A model generated the notes under the pieces. The model ran no database searches. It was not told the origin of the DNA and was given only the letters and a program-made list of their open reading frames with translations. This document shows, in pieces, positions 47,501 to 58,623 of a stretch of DNA of 64,000 bases (the first letter of the stretch is position 1; every line of letters starts with the position of its first letter). The stretch lies in contig NW_005434592.1 in NCBI RefSeq assembly GCF_000315625.1, positions 73,447 to 137,446 of the forward strand. The letters are read 5' to 3'. This DNA comes from Guillardia theta CCMP2712 (taxonomy: Eukaryota > Protista > Cryptophyta). Made by a program: the position numbers and the translations under genes.

Positions 47501-48895
47501 ACACCATTCAGAATGAGCCATCAACATCAACGACAAACTTAACGGCATCAGAGATAAAATTCATCCCTCTCCTCCATCTCCCTTACATGATGCCTTGCAA
47601 GCGTCTGCGAGCAAGAAAAAAAACATCAAATCATCATCATCATCATCGTTCAGCAACACTTACAGTAGCCAGGGTCCGCGATGGTTTGTGGTAGAGATCG
47701 AGCCAGCTGTTGAACGCCGAAACGCCACTGGAGCAAACAAACAGACAAACAAGTCAGTCTCCCGTACAAGCTTTCAACAAGTTTCTGTCAGATCCTCTCA
47801 CCTGTTCCTCTTCCCCTTCATGGTATCGGAGCTTGTGTGCATGTCTTTCACCAACGAGTTACTTGTGTGCTCGGCCCTGTCGTGTGGTGTGCTAGTTGTT
47901 TGTGGTGTGCTAGCCTTGCTCTCTGGTAGACGTTTGGTATTCAAGTGTGGGAAGCTCTTTGTGTTTGTACGTGTCTCTTCATGTTGTTTGTTGCTGGAGG
48001 ATGATGCAGAAACTTGCGGCTCCCATTACAAGAAGCGCAGCACAGCTCCCCTACTCACCAGAGGCATCTACTCTCCTCGCCGGAACCCCTTTCTTGCCAG
48101 ATCGTTTGTGCTCGGTCTCTGCCAGCATGTTCTTGCGCGCCGGCTTCTGCTTCCCGCTGCTTCCCGCCTCTTGTTGTGTTCCCTTGGAAATGAGCTTCAG
48201 GGCAGACGATCCTCACCCTCTCTGTTCCTCCATCTCACATGTTTGCCTTCTGACGACCAAGGAACGAATCCTGCCCGATTCGTTCTCTCTGTAAACATAC
48301 TTCAACTCCGCCCTCCATTCTCCGCCCTCCCCTCGGCAGTCCGTCTCACACTCTGCTCTCTGCTCTCTGCTCTCTGCTCTCCTCTCGCCACCTCTCCTCT
48401 CCTCTCCTCTCGGTACCTCGATCACCGCCGTGCTCCGTGAAGAAGAAGCCAACACCAACGCATGCTATAATGCACAGGCCAATGGCCGTGTACCACTGAG
48501 GACGATGATACCAACGTCTCTTTCTCCTCGGTCGCGGTTGAGCTGCCATGAGCGGCGCAGCGACTTCACCATCCTCCGCATCGTCTACAAAGTCCAAGAG
48601 GAGGGTATGAGAGACATGTTCGTATGCGAGGGTCACAAGTCTTGACAGTGACACACATCATGAAGGAAATCGAGACAAGAGCAAACTCGTACACCCTCAG
48701 TCACCCCCATACTCTCCTTGCGTTCTGTCCCCTCCTCTCCTCATCACAAAGGTTTGTCTGACCATTGATTTTCATCCATTCCTGTTAGTCTACTCCCGAG
48801 TTCGTACTTCTCACGCCATTGCCATGGGGTTGCAACACAGCAAACAAGCTTACACGCGCACGCATGGATGCAGCAACGAGAGCAGGAGCGGCATG
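44566..48895 (-). CDS. Multi-exon hypothetical protein(s), probably N-terminally anchored
   Basis: Exon-like pieces between repeat-filled introns: RRWYHRPQWYTAIGLCIIACVGVGFFF (TM), GVSAFNSWLDLYHKP, AKDQKFYKQYSDFLN, RRQQVRKEYDAIQNAQKARAR, and GVL/GAL-xx-V repeats. Could be one or two genes. Confidence 0.4.
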
Positions 48896-50422
48896 ACATG
48901 TCCTCTACCTTCGTCTCTCCTTGGCATGATCCGCCCTCCTGCTGCTCCGGTGAACACCGCCATGGCAGTGGTGACGCCGACCAACCACCACCCCACCCTC
49001 TCCCCACAGCCGGACGGAAAATTCTTCATCACCCTACCCTCCTAACAATCAATATCAAAGTACCCCACCCGACTAGGGAAGGGCCCGGGCGGCTCCAGCC
49101 TGTGAGCCTCAGCCCGGGCCGGAGCCCGGGCCGGCCTCCGGGCGGCGGCGCCCGGGCCGGGCCGCACTGCACCGGCGGTCCGGCCCGGTGACGGTGACTT
49201 GTGACTCCCGTGACCGTACCGGGCTCGGCGGCACTGGCAGTCACTGAGTGGCGTGACTCGCCGCTGTACGGTACTCGGCGGCAGCCTGAGGCCAGTGATG
49301 GAGTTCCGTACTGGCTGCCTACCGGGCCGGCGGCCGGCCCGGCGTACCGATCCGATGATCCGGGGCGGTACTACGTAGTGTACCGGGCGTCCGATCCGAG
49401 CGGGGCCGGAGCGCGGCCTCGGCCGGGGCCTGAGCCGCCGGCCGGGCGCCGGCGCCGACGACGGTCCGATCACCCCCGGGGGGGGGGCCTCGGATGATCG
49501 GATCGGACTCGCCCCACCCGGCCCGGGCCGCCCCGTCACAGTACGGTACGGTACCGGGTACCGCCGGTACCGTACACTGCGCCGCACTGGCCAGCGCCGC
49601 CGGCCAGCTGGCCGGGCCGCCGGCGACCCGGGGCGCGCGGCCGCGGCCGGGTGGCGGCCAGTCACCCGGTGAACTTGTAGTCACAGTAGTACTCACGCCG
49701 TCCGGCCCGGCGGCGAACCGTGACATCCGCCGTGATTCACTACTACTACTGTGCCTGAACTCAGTGGCGACTCATCCGAGGCTGCAACCGTGCCTCGTCG
49801 GCAGCTTCGGAACTCAGACGGTTCCGAAGGCTTGAAGGCTTCGGGAGTCGTGCCAGGGCAGTGTCACGGTGTCAGTGTCGGGACTGATCATCGGATCGGA
49901 CACGTTGGGAAGCTGGATGATCCGTTTCAAGTGACAGTGCCATGATCCGATTGCCGATCGGACCCTGTGATCGGTCAGGGATCGTCAGGTCTGATGATCA
50001 GGCAGGCTAAGTTATTCAGAGTCTGAGTTGGTCGAGCCTGGGGGTGAGTGGCTCTACTGGGCTAGTTCAGTGGTCGGCCCTGACTCATTGTGAAGTCCTG
50101 ATCAGATCGCCGACCGTGCCACGGCTCCAGGCTCGTTGGCCCACCGCGGCAGCTCAGCTCTCGATCTAATGAGATCGTCATTCTGCATTGTGAATATCAG
50201 TCAACAACAATTGACTACCTACAACGAGTCTTGTTTGATGATTTTCTACTTTATTGGTAAGACTTGGCGGATTACTATCCACATTGATTCAATGAGAGTA
50301 CAATTGTTTTTTTTTTGAAAAGTTTTTGGGTCTGAGCAATGTGCTCAATCAAAACAAAGTGATACCTATTTACAAGGACCGAGCTATCTGATAACATGCG
50401 ATGAACAAGCACTGATTGTGGA

Positions 50423-50760
50423 TCAGCTGTAAGTTTGTTTTTCTTCTTGGCACGGCATGTTTAAGATGTTTTCCGCATTCAATTCAAGCGCGTCACCTGT
50501 TGCACCGATGATGATTTTCCCCGAACGTATCAAATCAATTGAAGCTGTCAGGCAAGCGAGCTGTTTTTCTTTTGGCGGTCCTTGAAAGAACACTCTTGTC
50601 GGGCGACCGACCAGGTCAGGTTCTGTCCGAATGAGGCAAGGAGTTGAAAATGCCAGAGAGGCTGTTTTTATGTTTGTGATGTAAGATTGGAAAAGATTCT
50701 TTTCACATTCATGAGCAACATTTGATGTCATCGTCGGTAAGCCAAAATCAGGAACGAGAC
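50423..50760 (-). CDS. Possible hypothetical protein exon
   Basis: 102-aa ORF of ordinary composition; no recognised motif. Confidence 0.25.
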
Positions 50761-51501
50761 CTGTACTTCAACGGGTCCCTCTTCGGATGAATTAGATAGT
50801 TCTATTGAGGTGAGGAAGCCTTGAAAAAGAGGATAAGGAAGGGGAAGGGAAGGGGAAGGGGAAGGGGAAGGGGAGGGAAAGCGGGGATCACAGGGGATCG
50901 TCGGCGGAGGAGGTCGCCGAAGGAAGAAGAGGAGGAGGACTAGAGGGGAAGGACAGGCAGGTCATCCCAAAAGTTGCGCTCGTCGTGTTTGTGCTGCTAC
51001 CAAATGACAAGATTTCGTTTGTTGTGACCTTATTCAAATTCGAAACCACACTATTTCGGTTTCGAGTCACGGCAAACCCTGCATTGACTCCTTCGTAAAA
51101 CCCTTTTGCGTCCGTCCACCCCTCCCATCCACATCTCAGTACCCCACCCACTCGGCGACTTCATGTCATGGCAGGCAAACCGTGTATAAATCACTTTTTA
51201 CAACATTTCAAACTCTCCGTGCATTTTGAGTGTCAAGTGCCCCAGAATTTAAAATTTCGGAGAGACATCAGTACTGAATTCGCAACTTGGCTCGGCCTCC
51301 GGTCGGAGCAGTAGGTTTAGCGCCGTCTGTACTACTACGTGACCAGTAAGTGTCACGTCAACCGGCGCCGGGTGGGATAGTAGTACTGTGGCACTGGCAC
51401 GGACTCATTTACGACCTTCCTAGCGGCCTCCGGTCCCATGGGTGGTATCTCCCGCGCTATCTCCGGGAATCTCCTTGTACCTCAGATTCGGGTTGACGGA
51501 G

Positions 51502-51591
51502 TTTGCTCATAGTTAAGTTAAAAATCAGTACGAGGACAGCGGACCTTTTTACTCAAAGGGAAGTTAACAATCAGTGACCTTTTTACTCAAG
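51502..51591 (+). repeat. Dispersed element, copy B, with degenerate tandem units
   Basis: Matches 7911-7947, then GACCTTTTTACTCAA occurs twice. Confidence 0.8.
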
Positions 51592-51767
51592 CTGAGAGGC
51601 CATCGAAACTGATCCGCCAGCCACCAGTGACTGAGAAAGCGCAACGCATCATCCTACAAGAGTCCATTATGGCATCAGTGCCTTGCCGCTGTCCATCGAA
51701 CTGCAATAGTATAAATTCGAACCGTACTCGCGGCATACTATGTGACGAGCGACGCGAATTTTACAAC

Positions 51768-52188
51768 TGTTGTATCCATGAGGATCCGGAACCTCGGATA
51801 CTCGTCGGATACTCTGCCGGATATTCCCTATATAGGCGGACGCATCTCGTGCGGACGGCCTCCTGAATTTCCCCCACTTGCATGCACAGTGAGTGTGGTG
51901 GTTGTGCGTAGTTTACCTCCTAGTAAACTTAGAGACTTCTATTTCCTGCTTCTCAATCTTCTTCATCCTTACTTTACTCGTGTCGTTGACAATCTCTGTG
52001 CTGTGTATACAACATTCTGGAAGCGAAGTGGTTGATTCATGACCTCGAAACAAGGCATGCAAGTGAGTGTGGTGGTTGTGCGTAGTTTACCTCCTAGTAA
52101 ACTTAGAGACTTCTATTTCCTGCTTCTCAATCTTCTTCATCCTTACTTTACTCGTGTCGTTGACAATCTCTGTGCTGTGTATACAACA
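51768..52188 (+). mobile_element. Internally deleted LTR retroelement (full 247-bp 5' LTR, PBS-like stub, truncated 3' LTR)
   Basis: TGTTGTA...TACAACA termini; 5-bp TSD ACAAC (51763-51767, 52189-52193); direct repeat ~51880-52014 vs 52055-52188; TATATA inside the LTR; TGG three nt after the 5' LTR. Confidence 0.82.
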
Positions 52189-52724
52189 ACAACCCTTGGC
52201 GCACTAAAATGGTTTCTCCTTCCTGCTCGTCACGTCTGATGAAAAAATAAGACCAGCTGTCTAGAGATATTCTAACCCTTACACTCAGGGATCAGCAGCA
52301 TGCGTACCTGTCGAGGACGCAACGGGTGACCTTATTACAAAGATCCAAAACATTTCATGCCCGCATCATGCATCTTCCTAACTTCCATTAGATCCATTGT
52401 CTCTTACAGAGAAGGCAGCTATGCCTGTCCTGTCTGCAGCCAGAACCGTCAGGTCAAGGTGTGGTGAGAGTGCCCGGCTCAAGGATCGAGTGAGAAGCGA
52501 CTCGGCCTGGGAGGGGAGTCTTTGTTAGCGCTACAACAGCTCGCTGAACAGTAAGATATACAATGGAGAGGATCAGACCCCTGAGGCAGACTCGTAAACA
52601 GTCAGGATCTAGAGGCTACCTGCTTCCTATGCTCTATCGCCAGTATCGACCTCCAGCTCTGAGTTTAATGCTCACTAGCTTAACTTGGGCAGGAGACTGA
52701 AGGTAGCTCAGGGAAACTTGAACT

Positions 52725-53359
52725 TGTCAGAGCTCATAGGAACCGAGCCCGAGTCAGACAAAGGCCTATCAGGATGAAAGGACAGTTGGCTGTCTCGTAC
52801 TCGTGTTCGAAGCTGACTTCTCCTGGATGACCCAGGATACTCTACTCCAGTGTGAAGCTGCTGAAAGGACCCCTGTGGAGGCCTTTGTTGCAGCAACCGT
52901 GTACCCGTGGGGGACTTACAAGGTAAACAGAAGGGGTGCGTCTTGTGCAGTACGACCCGTTGGAAGCAGCTTGCTGCCATGCAAGGACGGGGTTCTCTTC
53001 CCTGCGAGAGAGCATGGTATCCTCTCGAAGGTCAGAAGGGATGCTTGTCAACTTCCAAGAACAGGACACCCCTCCTTTCTGTAGCCAAGAGACGGCACCC
53101 CTGGCTCATTCCTCGAAGCTATAAAAGGATGAAACTCGTCAGAGCTAGGTGGTCCTCTTCCCCTTTCGTGTGTGTGTCACGATTGTTGAGACGTCTTTGT
53201 GTGTATCGTCTTGTCTTGTTTTGTGTGTGTGTGTGAAAGAAATAAAAGAGAGTTAGATCTCCTTCTGTTTCACCGCTTTCCCTCTTAGTAGAGAAATCCA
53301 ACGTGAGTTCTTATTGAACTGCGCTTGAAGGTCCACTCGAGAATCTTCGAGGTGTGACA
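52725..53359 (+). repeat. 5' LTR
   Basis: No difference seen from 58624-59258; contains TATAAAA and AATAAA. Confidence 0.97.
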
Positions 53360-53364
53360 TAAAT

Positions 53365-53375
53365 TGGTAGCAAGG
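53365..53375 (+). promoter_or_regulatory. Primer-binding site, tRNA-iMet-like
   Basis: TGGTAGCAAGG, 5 nt after the LTR, is complementary to a ...GCUACCA tRNA 3' end. Confidence 0.65.
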
Positions 53376-53463
53376 TTGTGATCGGTGATAGAGATCGAGT
53401 CTTCTCTCTTCCCCTCCCTTTCTCCACTGTTCTTCTGCTTCTTCCTACGCTTACGTCGCGTAG

Positions 53464-56400
53464 ATGTCCGGATACAATACTCGACTCGCAGCTCGCATGC
53501 TGGACGAGAATGCTACGGATACTTTGGAACATGACTGGCAGTCTGCTGCCGGCATTGACGACGATCTTCGTCCCGAATCGACCGAGGATCGGTCGTTCCA
53601 AAACATGTCTGCCGCGCTGCTGGAGGTTCAGCAGCGGTTGAACGCTCTCGAAGCTCCTGCTTCTTCTGAGGCGGTTCCGCCCGCCGCTCTCAAGCCTGGA
53701 CCGCCCCCCATCTCCTCGCGTGACGGTCCTCAGCTGGTCTCTCTGGCTGATCAGCAATTGCTTGCTAAGTTGCGCAATCTCCCCAAGTTGGATACTGCCC
53801 GCCAAACTAGCGCCAACAATGTCTTGACATGGGTTCAAACCATTCAGTACTCCTTTGCTGTCTATGGTATTCCCCGAGCTAATTGGGTTGTCCATACCCT
53901 CGATTTACTTGATGCTCCCGTCCGCCAACACTTCGTGGCCAAGTACCCGCCAGAGACCTTTCGCCGCATGGATTGGGACACGTTTTCGGAGGAAATTCGT
54001 GAAAAATTCCTCCCCCCCCACCTGTTGTCGAATCTCATTCATCAACTCGACAATTTGAATCAAGACCGTCAGGAATCTCTTGCTTCGTATGCTGCCCGTA
54101 CCCTGACATTAATCGAGCAACTTCAGCTTCTTCCGGATGGTAAATTATTTGCGACGTCCTCACTGGTCTGCAAACGGTTCATTAATGGTGTCCGATCGCA
54201 TATGACTGCTCTACTCTTGAATCAGTGGGTGACTCTACAGCGTTCGGATGATGTTGACTTCCGTCAGCTCAGGGAGTACGCGCTCAAGATCGACAATCAG
54301 ACCAGAACCAAAGACCATTCGACGGGAGCAGATCCCCACCGGCAGCTCTACTCCGTGCAGGTGGGCAATCGCTCCTCTACTTCCAAGGATCGCAAGAGTC
54401 GTCCTTCTGGTAAGGATTCGGCCTTCAAAGAGCGCCGTGCTGCTCGGCAGGACGCCAGGAGTGCGGGAGACTCCTCGTCCCCACACACATCGACCAATGC
54501 AATCCGTTGTTACAACTGTGGTAAACTCGGGCATCGATCTTCCGAGTGTCGTCGTACCCGCCGCAGTCAGAGTCCTGACCGTGAGCAGCCGTCTGACTCC
54601 TCCTCTCCGCCTCTGCTTGGCGCTGTTCAGACTTCCGACGACCGCAAGGCTGCTCCGTCCGTTGCAGCTAACAAGATTGCTGCTCGCTCGAAGACGCCTA
54701 AGCGCCGTCCTCAGGTGCATTTTGCTGAAGAACTGGAAGATGAAGTGCCTCTGGACGGTGACGCTCTCGAGGTACACTTGCATCCGATTGCACTCCACTC
54801 CCTTGGCTCTCAGGAGCACGGGGCGTCTTCAGGATCGCTTCTCTATCTGCCCATTGTACCACTCACCTCTCCGGTGCCAGCTGCTACTTCCGAGATCCTG
54901 GCTTTGCTTGACTCGGGTGCTGAGATCAGTGTGATCTCGCGTCAGGTTGCGCGACAGCTCCAATTGACCACACAGCGAATTCCCGCCACGCTTACCGCTC
55001 AGTTCGCTCATGGCGACGCCAAGGTCGTGCTTCGTGAAACCTGTCTCCTGCCGTTTCGCATTGCAGGCACCAATGTTGAAACGCAAGAAACGTTCTTCAT
55101 TTTGGACTCTCCAGCATCACTGCCGGCGATCTTGTCCCAACCGTTCATTGCCAAGATGAAAATGAATATCGACTTTCATTCCAAGCTCGTTACTATTCCC
55201 GCGCAGGATGGTACTGCGGGGCGTCAACGCCTTCCGCTCGCATTTCACATCCCTGGTCCTGGCTCCGCGGCTATGCGGCAAGCCCAGTGTTTGCTTTTTC
55301 CCTGGCATGCGGACTGGAACACGCTTCAGCCTCCTCCACCGGAGGATATGATGCCCTGGGTCATGGCGACCGTGTCCTCGCCTGTTTCTACCAGTTCGTT
55401 GGTCTCTCAGGTCGCCTCGTCGGCCTCGCCGCTCGCAGCTCAGGCCTTGCAGGAGCTACTCGAGGATTTTTCCGATGTTCTGGTGGACGAACTACCAATC
55501 CAGCCACCTGTCTCGCGGGGGCAGTATGACGTTGTCCTTCGGGTTCCTGATGACGTTCGTCCAATTCGTCGTCGTCCCTACCGACTTCCTGCGACGCTCC
55601 AGGAGGAGCTCGCTAAAACGATCGACTTCTTGTTGGCACGTGGCATCATCGAACGGAACAATGATGTCATGTGGCAGAGTCCCGTCATCTTTGTTCGCAA
55701 AGGTCTTTCCTCTGAAGGAGTTCCTCAATTTCGTTTTTGTATTGATTATCGAGGAGTCAACAATCACCTCCTCGACGACAGTTTTCCGCCTCCCGTCCCT
55801 ACCGAGCTCATGGAACGGATCGGGCGAGTGCTCTCGCAGCGTACTGAGTCCAGTACGGATACCCTCTACTTCAGCAAGCTGGATATGGCCTCAGGATTCT
55901 GGCAGCTAGCTCTCACTCCTGACAGTTCTCAATATACTGGGTTTGTTACTGAACAAGGATCCTACCAATTCCGCGCTCTGCCCTTTGGTCTGAAAACGGC
56001 CACAGCTGCCTTACAGAAGTTCTCACAGGGCATCCTCGCAGGTATGGCCAACGTCTTAGTCTACGTCGACGATCTCTTACTCTTTTCCATGGGTAATCCT
56101 CGTTCACACCTACAGCAGGTGCGTCTCCTACTGGAGCGCCTCCGCCACCACCAGGTCTTCGTTAAACGGAGCAAGTGTGTGTTTCTTCAGACGCAGATCA
56201 GTTTTCTCGGATATACTTTGAATGCGCATGGGATTGCACCCGAGGCTAGCAAGGTTGCTGCCATCGAAGATTTTCCGCCTCCTGCATCTGTGAAACAACT
56301 TCGCCAATTTTTAGGCCTCGCCAATTTTTATCGGCGTTTCATCAAGAATTTTGCCAACTATGCTGCACCTCTCTCAGATCTGCTGAAAACCAGTCAACGT

Positions 56401-58512
56401 CGCTTCGTGTGGACTCGGTCTGCTGAGACTGCTTTTGCCGCGCTCAAGACAGCTCTTACGCAGGCTCCAGTCTTGGCTCACTTCCGTTCTGATCGGCTGA
56501 CCATCCTGTACACAGACGCTAGCGACCTGGCCATTGGAGCCGCGCTTCATCAGATCGATGAAAACAACGAGGAACATCCCGTTGCATTCTATGGCAAGAA
56601 ACTCTCCTCCGCCGAACGCAATTACTCCACCTATGAGCGTGAGCTTCTTGCTCTCAAGGAAAGTCTCCGTCATTTTTCCTACTACTTGATTGGTCGTCGC
56701 TTTCGTGTATGTACTGATCACCACAGCTTGATCAGATTGCACACCCAGTCTGAACTCTCTCCCCGCCTGGCTCGTTGGTTGTCTACCTTCCTTCAGTACG
56801 ACATGGAGATCCACCACATCCCTGGCGAAACTAACGTCGTTGCTGATGCCCTCAGTCGGATCTCAGGCGACTCGCCTGCTCCATCGTTCGCTCCCCAATC
56901 ACCCGCTGATCTGACTCAGGCTCATGATCGCGCTATGCGCGCTGAAGACATTGCTCGGGATCTTCTTGTTGGTCTTCATACCGTTCAGATGCTTACGGAT
57001 TCCTCGTTCGTCTCCCAACTGATGCAGAACTACTCCACCTGTCCTGATTTTCAGGTTTTATACCAATTGGGCAAAGACGGTGAATTGCTTGGCCAACCGG
57101 GTTGTCGTCATTTTGAATTTTCGGATGACTTGCTCTACTATGTTGACTCTACAGGCAGGACGAGGATCTGTGTTCCTACCGCTATCCGCGCTGCTGTACT
57201 ACGCCTAGCGCATGATGATGCCGGACATGTGGGTTCTGACAAAACCTATCTCTCACTTGTTGCCAAAGTCTACTGGAATAACATGAAGCGTGACGTCGAA
57301 AATTATGTGCATTCCTGCCTCATTTGCCAGGCTGCGAAGAACTACAAACAGAAACCCATCGGTTTGCCCAAGAGTCATGACGTTCCTGCTGACAAATTTG
57401 ACGTCATCTCCGTCGATCTCCTCAGCGGCCTTCCGACTACCTCCCAAGGTCATGATTCTCTCTTCGTCATGTTGGACTCGTTCTCGCAACATGTCACGCT
57501 GGCTCCAACTCACAAGTCTGCTACGACCCAGGAACTTGTGGATTTATTTCTCCAATACTTCTATCGCACTCGTGGTCTTCCTGCTGCGATCCTTTCGGAT
57601 AATGGGCCAAATGTCTCCTCGCATTTTTGGGACACAGTATTTCAGACGCTGGGCGTTCAGGTACGCCACTCCTCCAAGTACTATCCCCAGGCTAATGGTC
57701 GCGTTGAACGGATCAATGCAACCATTCTGGATATGCTCCGCACTAAACTCGCTCAGGGTTCATCTGAATGGACAGTCCATCTTCCATTCATTGAGTTTGC
57801 TCTCAATCATGCTCCCCGTCGTGAAACAGGGTTATCTGCCTTTCAAGTGGAATACGGCAAGAATCCGCGCTCAGTTATGGACTTGACCCTTGATCAGGTC
57901 CTTCCTCAAGCCCGCACGACTGTCGACAACATACGTGCAGGTGAAAACCTTGTTCGAGATACCTTGGCCTCGATCGCCAATCGAGCAGAGACGCGTCTAC
58001 TTCCTTCTCGCCGCCCGCTTCGCTGGCAAGTTGGTGATTTGGTCTGGATCGACGCGCGTTTATTCAATCAGCAGTTTGAAATTCGCAAATTTCGAGATCG
58101 ATACATTGGTCCTTTCCCTATCACCGAGGTTTGCACCAACAACAATTATCGAGTTGATGTTCGCCAGCGCTTCCCTCGCATGGATCAAGATGTTTTTAAT
58201 GCCAAGTTCCTACGCCCCCATGTGCGCAGGAAAGATCATTTGCAACAGCCTGGGGTTTCCCAACCTGTGCCTGGATTCTACGAAGTGGCTCGCATCATCA
58301 ATCATCGTCAACGTAATGGTGCGAAGCAATATCTGGTTCGTTGGAAGGGATTTTCCTCCGCCGACGACACTTGGGAACCTGTTGCCCATCTCTCGCGTAC
58401 ACCGGCGCTCCGTCAGTTGCTTCAGCAATATGAACAGCATCGCACGCGTCAAGATGCTTCTGCTTCTTCTCATGGACAGCGGCAGCGGCAGCGTCGTGCG
58501 CCTCTCAATTAG
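53464..58512 (+). CDS. Gag-Pol polyprotein (Gag, CCHC knuckle, protease, RT, RNase H, integrase, chromodomain)
   Basis: CYNCGKLGHRSSEC; LLDSGA; LDMASGFWQ, LPFGL, YVDD; TDASD; HDDAGH...CLIC, SDNG, GRVER; GPF; YEVARII...YLVRWKGF...DTWEP. Domain order is PR-RT-RH-IN. Confidence 0.98.
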   Translation: MSGYNTRLAARMLDENATDTLEHDWQSAAGIDDDLRPESTEDRSFQNMSAALLEVQQRLNALEAPASSEAVPPAALKPGPPPISSRDGPQLVSLADQQLLAKLRNLPKLDTARQTSANNVLTWVQTIQYSFAVYGIPRANWVVHTLDLLDAPVRQHFVAKYPPETFRRMDWDTFSEEIREKFLPPHLLSNLIHQLDNLNQDRQESLASYAARTLTLIEQLQLLPDGKLFATSSLVCKRFINGVRSHMTALLLNQWVTLQRSDDVDFRQLREYALKIDNQTRTKDHSTGADPHRQLYSVQVGNRSSTSKDRKSRPSGKDSAFKERRAARQDARSAGDSSSPHTSTNAIRCYNCGKLGHRSSECRRTRRSQSPDREQPSDSSSPPLLGAVQTSDDRKAAPSVAANKIAARSKTPKRRPQVHFAEELEDEVPLDGDALEVHLHPIALHSLGSQEHGASSGSLLYLPIVPLTSPVPAATSEILALLDSGAEISVISRQVARQLQLTTQRIPATLTAQFAHGDAKVVLRETCLLPFRIAGTNVETQETFFILDSPASLPAILSQPFIAKMKMNIDFHSKLVTIPAQDGTAGRQRLPLAFHIPGPGSAAMRQAQCLLFPWHADWNTLQPPPPEDMMPWVMATVSSPVSTSSLVSQVASSASPLAAQALQELLEDFSDVLVDELPIQPPVSRGQYDVVLRVPDDVRPIRRRPYRLPATLQEELAKTIDFLLARGIIERNNDVMWQSPVIFVRKGLSSEGVPQFRFCIDYRGVNNHLLDDSFPPPVPTELMERIGRVLSQRTESSTDTLYFSKLDMASGFWQLALTPDSSQYTGFVTEQGSYQFRALPFGLKTATAALQKFSQGILAGMANVLVYVDDLLLFSMGNPRSHLQQVRLLLERLRHHQVFVKRSKCVFLQTQISFLGYTLNAHGIAPEASKVAAIEDFPPPASVKQLRQFLGLANFYRRFIKNFANYAAPLSDLLKTSQRRFVWTRSAETAFAALKTALTQAPVLAHFRSDRLTILYTDASDLAIGAALHQIDENNEEHPVAFYGKKLSSAERNYSTYERELLALKESLRHFSYYLIGRRFRVCTDHHSLIRLHTQSELSPRLARWLSTFLQYDMEIHHIPGETNVVADALSRISGDSPAPSFAPQSPADLTQAHDRAMRAEDIARDLLVGLHTVQMLTDSSFVSQLMQNYSTCPDFQVLYQLGKDGELLGQPGCRHFEFSDDLLYYVDSTGRTRICVPTAIRAAVLRLAHDDAGHVGSDKTYLSLVAKVYWNNMKRDVENYVHSCLICQAAKNYKQKPIGLPKSHDVPADKFDVISVDLLSGLPTTSQGHDSLFVMLDSFSQHVTLAPTHKSATTQELVDLFLQYFYRTRGLPAAILSDNGPNVSSHFWDTVFQTLGVQVRHSSKYYPQANGRVERINATILDMLRTKLAQGSSEWTVHLPFIEFALNHAPRRETGLSAFQVEYGKNPRSVMDLTLDQVLPQARTTVDNIRAGENLVRDTLASIANRAETRLLPSRRPLRWQVGDLVWIDARLFNQQFEIRKFRDRYIGPFPITEVCTNNNYRVDVRQRFPRMDQDVFNAKFLRPHVRRKDHLQQPGVSQPVPGFYEVARIINHRQRNGAKQYLVRWKGFSSADDTWEPVAHLSRTPALRQLLQQYEQHRTRQDASASSHGQRQRQRRAPLN

Positions 58513-58602
58513 GAATTTTACGTGCTGCGCCTGGAGCGTGTCAGAGGAAAAACAGATTTGACAAGCTGAGAAAGCGAAGTTTTTCTGAGTCCTGAGCACT
58601 CC

Positions 58603-58623
58603 AAGAAAGCGCAGAGAAGAGCG
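58603..58623 (+). promoter_or_regulatory. Polypurine tract
   Basis: AAGAAAGCGCAGAGAAGAGCG directly before the 3' LTR. Confidence 0.7.

Noticed and set aside
52708-53895. Small ORFs in the LTRs and antisense to gag
   Set aside because: No motifs; they are duplicated only because the LTRs are, or are shadows of gag-pol.
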